Position numbers and translations under genes: made by a program. Below, in pieces: positions 1 through 9,962 of a stretch of 64,000 bases of DNA (positions within the stretch are counted from its first letter, which is position 1; each line of letters begins with the position of its first letter). The notes beneath the pieces were generated by a model. That model was not told the origin of the DNA. It worked only from the letters and a program-made list of their open reading frames with translations, and made no database searches. The stretch is from Candidatus Latescibacterota bacterium (GTDB lineage: Bacteria; Latescibacterota; UBA2968; GCA-2709665): the NCBI GenBank assembly GCA_965248435.1, contig OZ252100.1:4288001-4352000 (forward strand), written 5' to 3'.

Positions 1-2
1 CG

Positions 3-953
3 GAGGTCATATCTCATCTGCTAAGACGTCTTGATCAAACATTCTCGCATTCCTTGCGTCAAGAGCATCGAATTTCTGCCGTTACATATTGTTTCGTCGA
101 TGACGGTAGTACGGACGAATCAGTTCAGATGGTTCAAGATAACTCCTCGCATCAGGCGGATATCAAGATCATCCAGCTATCGCGTAATTTTGGCCACCAG
201 GCCGCAGTATCCGCAGGTCTTTTGCACTCCGATTCGGATGTAACGGCAATTATAGACGCAGATCTGCAGGATCCACCCGAAGTTATTTTGGAAATGCTAG
301 GACATTATCGAAAGGGCTATGAGGTTATTTATGCAGAACGTGCCAGGCGAAAGGGAAGTCGTGTTAAGGGATTTTGCTACTGGCTGTTTTACAGGCTCTA
401 CCGCGCGCTTACTTCGGTTCCCGTACCGATGGACAGTGGAGACTTTTGTTTGATGGGTAGGAGGGCCCTGGATGAACTCAACAGTTTGCCGGAGAGTCAA
501 AGATTCGTCAGGGGCATGAGGAGCTGGATTGGCTTTCCACAGATCGGTGTCAAATACGACCGTCCGGAGAGGGTTGCGGGAAGAAGCAAATACACGTTTT
601 CGCGTTTGTACGAATTGGCAACAGATGGAATCGCATCGCTGAGTATTCGTCCGCTTCGACTGGCTCAATTCTTTGCTCTGATCTACCTGATTCTATTTTT
701 GTCTATTGTCATTTTCTTGCTTTTTGGCTTCTCCGATCAGCTGAATGCAAATCCTATGTTGTCGGTGTTCCTTTTTATTACCCTTTTCAGCAACAGCATG
801 ATTTTGCTCTGCTTGTATATCATGGGATCCTACATTGGCAGGGCCTACCTCGAAGTCAAGAGAAGGCCGAATCACATTGTTGAACGAGTAATTACGTTGT
901 CCAAGGAAGAGTTCAATTATGGGAGTGCCAGAGCAGATCGAGCGGTTGAATGA
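3..953 (+). CDS. GT2 polyprenyl-phosphate glycosyltransferase (GtrB/ArnC-like), 5'-truncated by window edge
   Basis: Motifs FVDDGSTD, LSRNFGHQAA, IDADLQDPPE, DSGDFCLM and RVAGRSKY, plus two C-terminal TM helices. The frame is open from position 3, so the start lies upstream. Confidence 0.92.
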   Translation, partial: EVISHLLRRLDQTFSHSLRQEHRISAVTYCFVDDGSTDESVQMVQDNSSHQADIKIIQLSRNFGHQAAVSAGLLHSDSDVTAIIDADLQDPPEVILEMLGHYRKGYEVIYAERARRKGSRVKGFCYWLFYRLYRALTSVPVPMDSGDFCLMGRRALDELNSLPESQRFVRGMRSWIGFPQIGVKYDRPERVAGRSKYTFSRLYELATDGIASLSIRPLRLAQFFALIYLILFLSIVIFLLFGFSDQLNANPMLSVFLFITLFSNSMILLCLYIMGSYIGRAYLEVKRRPNHIVERVITLSKEEFNYGSARADRAVE

Positions 954-1689
954 ATTTCCTTCTCAGTGGCACGAAATCGCTCAACCCGGTCATTTTTGGT
1001 TTGAATGGCGTTTTCTTGTCTTTTTAGACCTGGTTAAATCACTGGATATGGGGATGCATGAGGCGGTCAAAGCACTAGATGTCGGATGTGGACACGGCCT
1101 TGTTCGAAGACAAATGGAGAAAGTGCTTTCCTGGACGATTGACGGGATTGACCTGGACAACGGGGTTTTAGAAAAGAATATGGATCTACGAGGAGAGACG
1201 TTCATTTACGACGTACATGAACGTCGAAGTGCTCTGAAGGAAAAATACGACGTCATTCTTCTTTTCGACGTGCTTGAACACATCCGGGATGTTAGGTCGT
1301 TCCTGAACTCCGTCATCTTTCATTTGAGAAAAGGCGGAATATTATTTGTGAATGTTCCTGCCTTGAATGGACTTCTAGGTCCTTTCGACAGAGTTGTCGG
1401 GCACCTGCGCCGGTACAATATGGCCGCTTTGCGCACGGATCTAATGACCTGCGAATTGAAGATCTTGGAGATACACTACTGGGGTTTCAGCATGCTCCCT
1501 CTGTTGGTCCTACGCAAGCTAATTGACGGAGACGAAGGAAGCACCTCAGAGACGATTCGGAGGGGGCTTAAACCGCCTACGTTAAGAGTGAATCGATGGT
1601 TGAAAAGCGTCATGCGGATGGAAACGATGCTGGTTAAAAAGCCATTCTTGGGGACTTCTCTTTTCACTGCTGCAGCCAAGGCTTGGTAA
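919..1689 (+). CDS. Class I SAM-dependent methyltransferase
   Basis: LDVGCGHG motif I, DVILLFDVLEHI and VNVPA...GHLRRY. Confidence 0.88.
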   Translation: MGVPEQIERLNEFPSQWHEIAQPGHFWFEWRFLVFLDLVKSLDMGMHEAVKALDVGCGHGLVRRQMEKVLSWTIDGIDLDNGVLEKNMDLRGETFIYDVHERRSALKEKYDVILLFDVLEHIRDVRSFLNSVIFHLRKGGILFVNVPALNGLLGPFDRVVGHLRRYNMAALRTDLMTCELKILEIHYWGFSMLPLLVLRKLIDGDEGSTSETIRRGLKPPTLRVNRWLKSVMRMETMLVKKPFLGTSLFTAAAKAW

Positions 1690-1701
1690 AGGCTTAGAAC
1701 T

Positions 1702-2972
1702 GTGGGCTATTTTAACGCACGACAAAAACTAAATCTGGCAAGAAGCCTCCTGACCAAGACTAGCCCGGCATACGTACAATACTACATCACAGCGCGGTGT
1801 AACCTTGCGTGCGAACAGTGCAATATCATCTATGCCGATGCAGACAGTCAGGAGATGAACATTCACCAGATTAGGACTGCAGCCGAGAACTTTTCAAGAA
1901 TGAATGTCTGTATGGTGCTACTCATAGGAGGTGAGCCCTTTGTACGTAGAGACCTTCCTGAGATCATAGAGGCGTTTACTCGGGTAGACATTCACGTCCG
2001 AATGCAGACGAATGGATTGGCGACAGAGGAAATGATGCAACGCTGCATCGAAGCAGGCGGCCACGACATCAGCATTTCTCTGGATAGCCTGGATGCGGTT
2101 GTACAGGATGCGATCAATGGGGGCTATAAGAACTCTTGGAAGCGCGCGATCAAAACAATAGCGATGGTGAATCGGCTCTTCCCTGAAAACGGGACCGCAT
2201 TTTTTGGAACCGTGTTGTGCCTAGAAATTTGGATCATATTGTGGACGTCTTGGAGTTTGCTACCGCGATTGGATGGGGTGTTTCTCTAGTCCCAGCTCAC
2301 ACATCTACCCCCGAGCGCCCGCAGGGGTTTCGAGCCTTTGACGATTCAGGCATTTGCCGTTTTCCTGAATCCACGTACCACCGAATTCGAGAGGTCCTCA
2401 ATGAGTTGATAGCGCTGAAAAAGCAGGGCATGCGTTTGTACGATTCCAACGAATATCTAGACGATATATATCGCTTTATTGTTGGGGAACCCTTACGGTG
2501 GCGAGAACGCAACCACAATGTATGCGATTCCCCTTCACTCTACTTTGCTATTGAACCGAACGGTAACATCAATCCGTGTTGTGATTTCAAACTAGGCAGA
2601 TCCTTTCCGGTATACGATCCCGAATTCCCGGAGTGGTATCGCAGCAAGGTCATCCACGAGGAAGTCTACAAATATACGAGGAATTGCGCGGGATGTATGT
2701 ATGGCAGCTATCCAGAAATGACAATAACAGCCCGTTACCTAAAACCCATGTTGAGCAGGTTCGTCTTCTTCAATACAAAGACCCGAAATCTTCTTAAGAA
2801 AGTGGATGAGAAAGAGGTGACAGAGCTGGCTCAGGACATCTACCATCGCAACGAGCAACGGAGGAGACGTCTGGGAGTCAAGCCAGTCTCTATCGACCAG
2901 GATGAAATATTGAATATCGCCACTACTGAGGCTGATAGTGAGGCGACTGTCGAGATTTCCGATGAAGAATGA
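1702..2972 (+). CDS. Radical SAM/SPASM protein split by a -1 frameshift near 2200-2217 (ORFs 1702-2289 and 2217-2972)
   Basis: The first ORF has CNLACEQC, GGEP, QTNG and ISLDS. The second ORF has the Cys-rich SPASM-like C...IEPNGNINPCCD...CAGC. Adding one base gives a contiguous ...GTVL(M)PRNLDH.... Confidence 0.85.
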
Positions 2973-3888
2973 GAATGCCTTAAGATACCTGCTCCTGCGT
3001 CACTTTCAGGATTTTCGAACCTATGTTCCCAGAGACCGATTTCTAGAAGTGACGAAGAGCCTCCGCGTCTCCTGTGACAGGAATGTTTATACAGTAGCGT
3101 GGGCAAGTTCTGGAAAACAAAGGCGAGCCACATACCAAAGGGGAGACTTTTCGTTCTACGAGAGGGGTGACACAAAACCTGAGGCGCGTTCTTTTACCGA
3201 TGATTTAGGGAATGACAACAGTCGGCTTGCTCGTGCGTTTGTCGGAAAAGCTCTAGAACTTCGCCCATTGCCCAGGGTCGCATCGGAAGAAACTCGTGAG
3301 TCTTTTGACCCCATTCTCAAGTGTCACGTGTTCGAGGACCTTGTGTTTGTCATTCTTATGGCAACCATCGGACATACGGGTTACTTGAATGGTGGCCTAC
3401 TACTCTTGCTGTTGTTTTCTGATTACCTGAAAAGAAGCCAATTGTATGTTGCGGGGTTGTTTATCGTACTTGGTTTCCTGGGTTTGCAGGGTGGGGTCTT
3501 ATTGGGTGCGTTCGTTTATGCGATCCTGCAATTTATGGATCCAGAACCTGAAAACAGGCCATTAAGGATAGCTCTTAGTTTGGGCGCCTCTCTGATCGCC
3601 TTCCTATATGGTATCACAGGGTGGGGAGATGAGATTTATGTCGAAGAGGTATTCCTGGTCTTAATCATCCCCGCTTTTGTCATTTCTTTTTCGCGTTCTC
3701 TGGTGTCTGTTCACTTTCGTAAGATGCCACTTGTATTGCCCTTCTTTTGTGCAGGACTGGCGCTCAACCACTACACAACCGCAGCGGTTTCAGGTTTGCT
3801 GGCATGCGCCCTTTTTACAGGGATCGAGTTCTACATTCATAAATTCTTCCCGGTGCAAAGTGAAAGGTTGCTAAACCCTAACGGCTAG
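2962..3888 (+). CDS. Hypothetical membrane protein (soluble N-terminus, multi-TM C-terminus)
   Basis: ATG at 2962 overlaps the end of the upstream gene, and the C-terminal half has several hydrophobic segments. No family recognised. Confidence 0.65.
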   Translation: MKNENALRYLLLRHFQDFRTYVPRDRFLEVTKSLRVSCDRNVYTVAWASSGKQRRATYQRGDFSFYERGDTKPEARSFTDDLGNDNSRLARAFVGKALELRPLPRVASEETRESFDPILKCHVFEDLVFVILMATIGHTGYLNGGLLLLLLFSDYLKRSQLYVAGLFIVLGFLGLQGGVLLGAFVYAILQFMDPEPENRPLRIALSLGASLIAFLYGITGWGDEIYVEEVFLVLIIPAFVISFSRSLVSVHFRKMPLVLPFFCAGLALNHYTTAAVSGLLACALFTGIEFYIHKFFPVQSERLLNPNG

Positions 3889-3896
3889 GTTGTTGA

Positions 3897-5369
3897 ATGG
3901 AAAGCTTTCAGAGTAGAATCAGAAAATTGAATCTGGATAACAAATCCGCACGAATTGTCTTTGTTGTACTCAGCCTGGTATTCCTGGTTGGTATAAACTT
4001 TTTCCATGATTACATACTGGCCAGGAACTGGGTGATTTATCCTAACCCTCTCAATGTGAGGATAGATTCATCAATCATCGATTTTAACACGGTGTCATTT
4101 TGGAGATTGTTTCTGCCAGTGGAAGTCTCTGGGTATTACCGCCTGGGAACTACGGGATGGGTATTGGCTGAGTATTTGAACAGATTCATCGAACCGGTTT
4201 ACACGCTCTATATTTTCAGCGGAGCACTGGTTGTGGTATCATTTCTGACTTCATGGTTTGTCTTTCATTCGCTCTTATTTAGTTGCACGCTAGCTCTGTG
4301 CATGACCTTCGGTATTCAGTTTGAAATCAAATACCTTGCAGGCAACAACGTATTTATTATCACCTACGCGATCTACCTTGTCCTTAGCCTGTTCTGTATA
4401 TATCAAGTAATGGTTAGGGATCGTGTTATCTGGAGAATCGGTTACTTATTCAGCTTAATTGCGTTTGCTCTATGTTTTGCGTCTTGGGTGAACATCCTGG
4501 CTTTTCTCGGCTTGTGTTTGAGCTATGTCCTCTTTCTCTCGCATCGTAACGGCCTTCCTGAATTCAAGCCAAGAGTTTTGTATGTTGCCGTTTCGTCTGC
4601 CGCTGTTGCCTTGGTATGGGCCGTTCTAAGATTTGTAGATTTCTTGCAAGGTGCGAAACATGGGGCGAGACATATGGGGATAAATACGGGTGGTGAAGAG
4701 GATCTGGTGTTCAACTATATTCGGAAGGGGTATCCAATAATAGCGATTGACGATATTGTCACGAATTTGATCAAGTATATCTACATGGCCTTGACGAATT
4801 ATCTGCCAATCACATTTACTTTTCCCACTTCGCTTCCTGTGTACGGAAGAGAGATCTTGATTGCTCAACAACACAGACACAACCTAACTTCCGAAAATCT
4901 TGCGAACTTCGACCTTATCTATGGACACTATCTGCTGTCTTGGTATCTGTATGCCGGTATCGTGTTTGGCATTTTCTGTTTTCTCTCTTTCAAGGTCATT
5001 TCGTCCTCCCTCAAGAGTCCGAGTCGTACCAATATCGCTTTGACCATTTTCCTTTTCTTGATCTGGTCTGGTTTTGCTACGCATATTTTCATTAAGATTC
5101 GTCCTTATACTGTAGTCCCTGCCCTTGGCTACAAGTATAGTATCAGCTGTTTTGGAGTTGCGCTTTTGATTTCCTATTTACTTATGATTTCCAGAGAACG
5201 AATTCGCAATTCGAGTTTTTCTATAGGTGTCATCTTTTTTTCTTGGTTCCTGATCATATACGCGGGATTAACAAAACCTAAATTTCTTGCTGCATTGGGT
5301 CAGTACTGTGGGATGTATTGGCCCTTCCTGGACTTTTTTACAGAAATCTCGTGGATGTTCCATAACTGA
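3897..5369 (+). CDS. Polytopic membrane protein, putative GT-C-fold glycosyltransferase
   Basis: 490 aa with many TM segments and two large loops, including an early loop motif GYYR. It follows a GtrB-like GT2. Confidence 0.55.
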   Translation: MESFQSRIRKLNLDNKSARIVFVVLSLVFLVGINFFHDYILARNWVIYPNPLNVRIDSSIIDFNTVSFWRLFLPVEVSGYYRLGTTGWVLAEYLNRFIEPVYTLYIFSGALVVVSFLTSWFVFHSLLFSCTLALCMTFGIQFEIKYLAGNNVFIITYAIYLVLSLFCIYQVMVRDRVIWRIGYLFSLIAFALCFASWVNILAFLGLCLSYVLFLSHRNGLPEFKPRVLYVAVSSAAVALVWAVLRFVDFLQGAKHGARHMGINTGGEEDLVFNYIRKGYPIIAIDDIVTNLIKYIYMALTNYLPITFTFPTSLPVYGREILIAQQHRHNLTSENLANFDLIYGHYLLSWYLYAGIVFGIFCFLSFKVISSSLKSPSRTNIALTIFLFLIWSGFATHIFIKIRPYTVVPALGYKYSISCFGVALLISYLLMISRERIRNSSFSIGVIFFSWFLIIYAGLTKPKFLAALGQYCGMYWPFLDFFTEISWMFHN

Positions 5370-5478
5370 AGCTTCACCATTGGTTAATGGCCAAGTTTCT
5401 CTGACGAGATCAGCATCAGGCTGGAGATGCCAAAAGTCGGACATGGTAATCTACACTAGCTGAAAGGAAGAAGGGTTT

Positions 5479-6264
5479 ATGAGGTACAAAGGCAGTGACG
5501 AATGGGAGAACAGAAGTGATTATGCGGAGACGTTCTACAAACGCGCCAAAGGGTCGCTTCCAGAGATGGAGTCCAGTAAGGCCGTTGCGAGTCTTTTGGC
5601 AGAGAAGATCAGCGAAGGCGACTCAATCCTCGATGTGGGTTGTGGCGCAGGACATTATCTAAGATCTCTTTTAGCGCGTGTTACGAAACCATTTAGCTAC
5701 CAAGGCGTTGATGCTACTCCAGATTTTATCGAGAAGGCATTGGTGGCATGGGGGCATCAGAAGAATGCTTGCTTCAGAGTTGGGGATATCTACGATTTAC
5801 CCTTTTCTGATCGCGAATTCGACATTGTAATGTGTAATAATGTGTTGCTGCATCTGCCGTCCATTGTCAAGCCGGTCCTAGAATTGTTGAGGGTGGCGCA
5901 AAGATTTGTACTGATTCGCACCTTGATCGGCGATCGATCCTTTAGAGTACAAGAGGTGTATTCAAAAGCGTTCTGGCCATTTTCTGACATTCCTGTGGAG
6001 AGGGAATTTGATGACTGCGGAGATCCGGTGAGCTATGGCTTTGAGAATATCTATTCAAGCGGTTACTTTGAGGCCGTAATTAGAAGGGCCCATCCTGATG
6101 CTTCAGTAGAGTTCATCAAGGATTCGTTTTTCGATCCGGAAGCGATCAATCGCTCAGCAAACACCGAAGGGTTACCGAACGCGACAAGGGTCATCGATGG
6201 AATGCAGACACTTGGATACATTATTACTCCGTGGACTTTCGTGTTCGTCGGACTTCAACGGTGA
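5479..6264 (+). CDS. Class I SAM-dependent methyltransferase
   Basis: ILDVGCGAG, GVDAT and GDIYDLPF...FDIVMCNNVLLHL. Confidence 0.9.
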   Translation: MRYKGSDEWENRSDYAETFYKRAKGSLPEMESSKAVASLLAEKISEGDSILDVGCGAGHYLRSLLARVTKPFSYQGVDATPDFIEKALVAWGHQKNACFRVGDIYDLPFSDREFDIVMCNNVLLHLPSIVKPVLELLRVAQRFVLIRTLIGDRSFRVQEVYSKAFWPFSDIPVEREFDDCGDPVSYGFENIYSSGYFEAVIRRAHPDASVEFIKDSFFDPEAINRSANTEGLPNATRVIDGMQTLGYIITPWTFVFVGLQR

Positions 6265-6278
6265 AATCGCGAGTCAAA

Positions 6279-6920
6279 ATGAAGCCAATGATCTTGGGTG
6301 TGATCCCTGCTCGAGGCGGGAGTAAGGGCCTTTCTGATAAGAACCTACGTCCTCTATTCGGAAAGCCGCTAGTCGCTTGGAGTATCAGCGCGGCCAAAGA
6401 GTCGAAGCTGATTGACCGGTTTATTGTTTCTACAGAAGATGACGAGATTGCCGATGTGGTGCATCAAGAAGGGGCAGAGGTTCTGTCTCGCCCTGCGGAA
6501 CTGGCTACTGACGATGCAACGACTTTGTCCGTTCTGATTCACGTGCTTGAACAGATCCCAGCAGACGTGGTGGTGTTGCTGCAGCCCGTCTGTCCAATCC
6601 GTGTGAATAATCTTGTTGATCGGGCGATTGATCGCTTTCTGAAAACTGGCGTGGACTCTTTGGCTACAGGTCATATTCTCAAAATTCTTGAATGGGGTAC
6701 ACACAACAACCTTTCTAGACAGAAGATAGACGGATTCTTTCACGACGATGGAAACGTGTATATTCATCGTGCAGAGGTGCTACGGAAAGGGAGATGGTAC
6801 GGCGAACGCTTGGAGCGCATGGTGGTTGAACACTATTATAATGTAGATATCGACGATGAGGTTGACTTATGGGTGGCCGAGGCCATCATGCAGAAGTTGA
6901 AAGCACAGGATGATCATTAG
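6279..6920 (+). CDS. neuA: Acylneuraminate cytidylyltransferase (CMP-NulO synthetase) 1
   Basis: IPARGGSKG...KN...GKPL, VSTED, LLQP and DIDD. The likely ATG is at 6279. Confidence 0.9.
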   Translation: MKPMILGVIPARGGSKGLSDKNLRPLFGKPLVAWSISAAKESKLIDRFIVSTEDDEIADVVHQEGAEVLSRPAELATDDATTLSVLIHVLEQIPADVVVLLQPVCPIRVNNLVDRAIDRFLKTGVDSLATGHILKILEWGTHNNLSRQKIDGFFHDDGNVYIHRAEVLRKGRWYGERLERMVVEHYYNVDIDDEVDLWVAEAIMQKLKAQDDH

Positions 6921-6959
6921 ATACAACAATCTGGTAGGTGAGAGAAAAGCGTCTACGAG

Positions 6960-8114
6960 GTGAGAAACTCTGAATTTTACGCGCCAACGCGGATCCTGTT
7001 GTCGGATAACTCCGCCGAGACGCTCGCAGAGATCTTAAAGTATAACAAGGCAGAACGTACGGTCGTGCTGGTGGATCGCAATGTGTTTTGCATTCGGAAA
7101 ATTCAGCAGATCATTCGATATCTCGAAAAGTTGGGTCTGGAAGCTAGGGTTGTAGAGGTAGATGCTCACGAGCCTGATACTGACCTCGTTGACGAGTACA
7201 CGAAAGTGTTCAAAACGGAACCGCTGGATTTCCTTGTGGGTATCGGGGGAGGGAGCACACTCGATCTGGCAAAAGCAGTATCTGTCTTGGCGTTCAATCC
7301 AGGCTGTGCAGCTGATTACCAGGGGCGCGATCTGTTGCCCAGTTCCGGATGTCCAAGTGTTATGATGCCAACCACCGCGGGTACAGGTAGCGAGGTAACG
7401 CCTGGGGCCGTTGTGTTAGACCCCAAGACCAAGCGGAAAGGGGCCATTTCGAGCCCCTATATCACGCCGGACTATGCCGTGTTAGACCCCGAACTGACCT
7501 TGTCCATGCCCCCTGAAGTAGCTGCGGCAACTGGCCTCGATGCGCTTGGGCACGCTGTTGAATCTTTCACTGCACAATGTGCGACTCCTATGACGAAGAT
7601 GTATAGTAAGGAAGCATTCCGGCTCATCACGAGCAGCCTGACGGCAATTCTTCAGGAGAAGGACAGTTTGGACAGGCGAAGGGGCCAACAGCTGGGAGCC
7701 ACGCTGGCCGGAGTTGCGATCTGTAACTCCGATACCGGAGCCTGTCATGCGATGGCCTACCCGCTTGGAATCTATTTTCAAATACCCCACGGTGTGGCCG
7801 TCGCCCTTTTGTTAGCCCACGTAATCGATGTAAACGTCCGAAAAGGGGCGCGGCAATACGCCGAACTCGCTGATTTGTTGCCGGAAGATTCTGAGGGGCT
7901 CTCTGAAGAGGAGAAGTGCTGGAAGTTTCAGCGGTTTGTCGCGGATCTGGTGCCCAGTGGTGTCCTCCCATCCTCACTTCGGCATTACGGTGTGGAGTCG
8001 TCAGACTTGCCGGAGTTGGCAGAACGAGGTCTCGACTTGAAAACGGCGTTGAGCAATAACCCTGTCGATTTCACGAAGGACGATGCTCAATACGTCCTCG
8101 AGCAACTCATGTAA
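6960..8114 (+). CDS. Iron-containing alcohol dehydrogenase family protein (KdnB-like by context)
   Basis: GIGGGSTLDLAK, PTTAGTGSEVT, DALGHAVES, HAMAYPL and PHG metal-ligand motifs. Confidence 0.9.
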   Translation: MRNSEFYAPTRILLSDNSAETLAEILKYNKAERTVVLVDRNVFCIRKIQQIIRYLEKLGLEARVVEVDAHEPDTDLVDEYTKVFKTEPLDFLVGIGGGSTLDLAKAVSVLAFNPGCAADYQGRDLLPSSGCPSVMMPTTAGTGSEVTPGAVVLDPKTKRKGAISSPYITPDYAVLDPELTLSMPPEVAAATGLDALGHAVESFTAQCATPMTKMYSKEAFRLITSSLTAILQEKDSLDRRRGQQLGATLAGVAICNSDTGACHAMAYPLGIYFQIPHGVAVALLLAHVIDVNVRKGARQYAELADLLPEDSEGLSEEEKCWKFQRFVADLVPSGVLPSSLRHYGVESSDLPELAERGLDLKTALSNNPVDFTKDDAQYVLEQLM

Positions 8115-8141
8115 TTCACAAAATGCGTTAGATCCTCTGAG

Positions 8142-9389
8142 ATGAAAAATAAGACTCAGGTCACAGGATTGAAGACAAAGGGTGACAGGATATCTGTACC
8201 CGATTCCTATATCCTTCCCTGGAGTGGTCGCGGAGTTGACTATACAGAAGAGGACATCCGCGTTGTTAGTGATGCGATGCGCCACGCTGATCCTTTGACC
8301 TGCGGACCCTATCTGCTGGAGTTCGAGGGCAAGTTCTCAAAGTATCATAGGGGTATTGCATCTTTCGGTGTGTCTTCTTGTACGGCTGCGCTGGAACTTT
8401 CCGCGATCTTGACTCAGGTTGGTCCTGGCGATGAAGTGATTATACCCTCACACACCTATTGCGCAACCGCAATTCCTTTTGCTCGAAGTGGGGCTAGCAT
8501 CGTCTGGGCGGACATCCATCCAGATTTCCGGGTCGTTACAGCGGAGACGATTTCGCAAAGGATCACGTCGAAAACCAAAGTGGTGGTTGTTGTGCATCTC
8601 TATGGGCTTGCGGCCCCGATGGCTGAGATCATGGGGTTGGCAAAAGACAAAGGGCTTTTGGTGGTCGAAGACTGCGCTCAAGCGATTGGTGCCAGTCACA
8701 ACGGTCGCAAAGTGGGGACCATTGGCGATTTTGGGTGTTTCAGCTTCCACGGTCAGAAGAATATCACGACTCTAGGGGAAGGTGGGATGCTGACGGTCCA
8801 ATCAAGAGAGCTTGCCCAGTTGGTGCCCGGTCTCAGGCAAAACGGCCATCGACCATATCCCGGAGACAGGGAACGGTACTGGCTGCCGGCCATGGTTGAT
8901 ACTGACTTTGACATTCCTGATGTCTGGCCCTATAAATATTCTCTAGGGGAAATTCAGTGTGCTCTGGGCGTGAACCTTATGATGCGGCTGGACGAGCTCA
9001 GCGCACTTCGGTTTCAGCAGGCAAAACGAATCGTCACGGCATTGGAATGCTATCCCGAACTCAGTTTTCAGCATACTCCCAAGGGTAGCTCACACGTGTA
9101 CCATCTTTTGAGTGCCCGGTACGACGGAGAGGAGTTCGGAAAAACACGGGACGACCTAATCGATCTGTTAGCCTTCAAGTACCGCATCCAGGCGATCGTG
9201 CAGTACTATCCGCTGGACCGATATCCATTGTTCACCCGGGCGGAATTCGGTGCGGGGGATTGTCCACATACTGACAACTTCTTCGATAACATGGTTTCAT
9301 TTCCTTTCTATCCCTGGTTCAGTGATCAGCAATTCGAATATTTGGTCGAGAGCGTTAAGGAGGCTCTGGAAACCCTAAGAGAGGGATAG
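8142..9389 (+). CDS. DegT/DnrJ/EryC1/StrS PLP-dependent aminotransferase
   Basis: SSCTAALEL, VVHLYG, VEDCAQAIG and FSFHGQKNITTLGEGG (PLP lysine). Confidence 0.92.
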   Translation: MKNKTQVTGLKTKGDRISVPDSYILPWSGRGVDYTEEDIRVVSDAMRHADPLTCGPYLLEFEGKFSKYHRGIASFGVSSCTAALELSAILTQVGPGDEVIIPSHTYCATAIPFARSGASIVWADIHPDFRVVTAETISQRITSKTKVVVVVHLYGLAAPMAEIMGLAKDKGLLVVEDCAQAIGASHNGRKVGTIGDFGCFSFHGQKNITTLGEGGMLTVQSRELAQLVPGLRQNGHRPYPGDRERYWLPAMVDTDFDIPDVWPYKYSLGEIQCALGVNLMMRLDELSALRFQQAKRIVTALECYPELSFQHTPKGSSHVYHLLSARYDGEEFGKTRDDLIDLLAFKYRIQAIVQYYPLDRYPLFTRAEFGAGDCPHTDNFFDNMVSFPFYPWFSDQQFEYLVESVKEALETLREG

Positions 9390-9394
9390 GCCAT

Positions 9395-9928
9395 ATGCCT
9401 GATCCACCAGACGTAGTAGCTCGGAAGGCACAGGAGATCCGTTTGGTCTGCACAGACGTCGATGGTGTGCTTACCGATGGCGGAATGTACTATTCTGAAA
9501 GCGGGGATGAACTCAAAAAATTTAACACAAGAGATGGAATGGCCATTGCACGGTTGCAGGCTGCGGGAATCGAGGTCGCTATCATCACTGGTGAGGACAC
9601 GGCGCTCGTTGCTCGCCGAGCCGCCAAGTTGAACGTGAAGTACCTGTTTCAGGGAGTTAAAGATAAGAAGCGGGTGCTAGCAGCGCTTGCGGATCGGTTG
9701 AAACTCAAGTTGTCCCAAGTTGCTTACATAGGTGATGACATAAACGATCTAGGCGCCCTTCGGGCTTCCGGATTAAGTGCCACAGTAAGTGATGCACTAG
9801 AATCAGTTAAGAGTGAAGTATGCTACGTTTGTCAAATGACTGGTGGAAGCGGGGCACTTCGAGAGTTCACAGAGCTGATTTTGCGAAGCCAAGACGAAAC
9901 TGGAAATGTTATTCACCAGATATCGTAA
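9395..9928 (+). CDS. kdsC: KdsC/YrbI-family HAD phosphatase (ulosonate-phosphate phosphatase)
   Basis: DVDGVLTDG, KKFNTRDG, IITGE, GVKDK and YIGDDINDL. Confidence 0.9.
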   Translation: MPDPPDVVARKAQEIRLVCTDVDGVLTDGGMYYSESGDELKKFNTRDGMAIARLQAAGIEVAIITGEDTALVARRAAKLNVKYLFQGVKDKKRVLAALADRLKLKLSQVAYIGDDINDLGALRASGLSATVSDALESVKSEVCYVCQMTGGSGALREFTELILRSQDETGNVIHQIS

Positions 9929-9962
9929 CGAACCCTTGTGATTGGTCAAGGAGCTTGGGTTT

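Noticed and set aside
2195-2220. Programmed -1 ribosomal frameshifting at the split genes
   Set aside because: Neither site has an in-frame X XXY YYZ heptamer. A single-base deletion is the simpler explanation.
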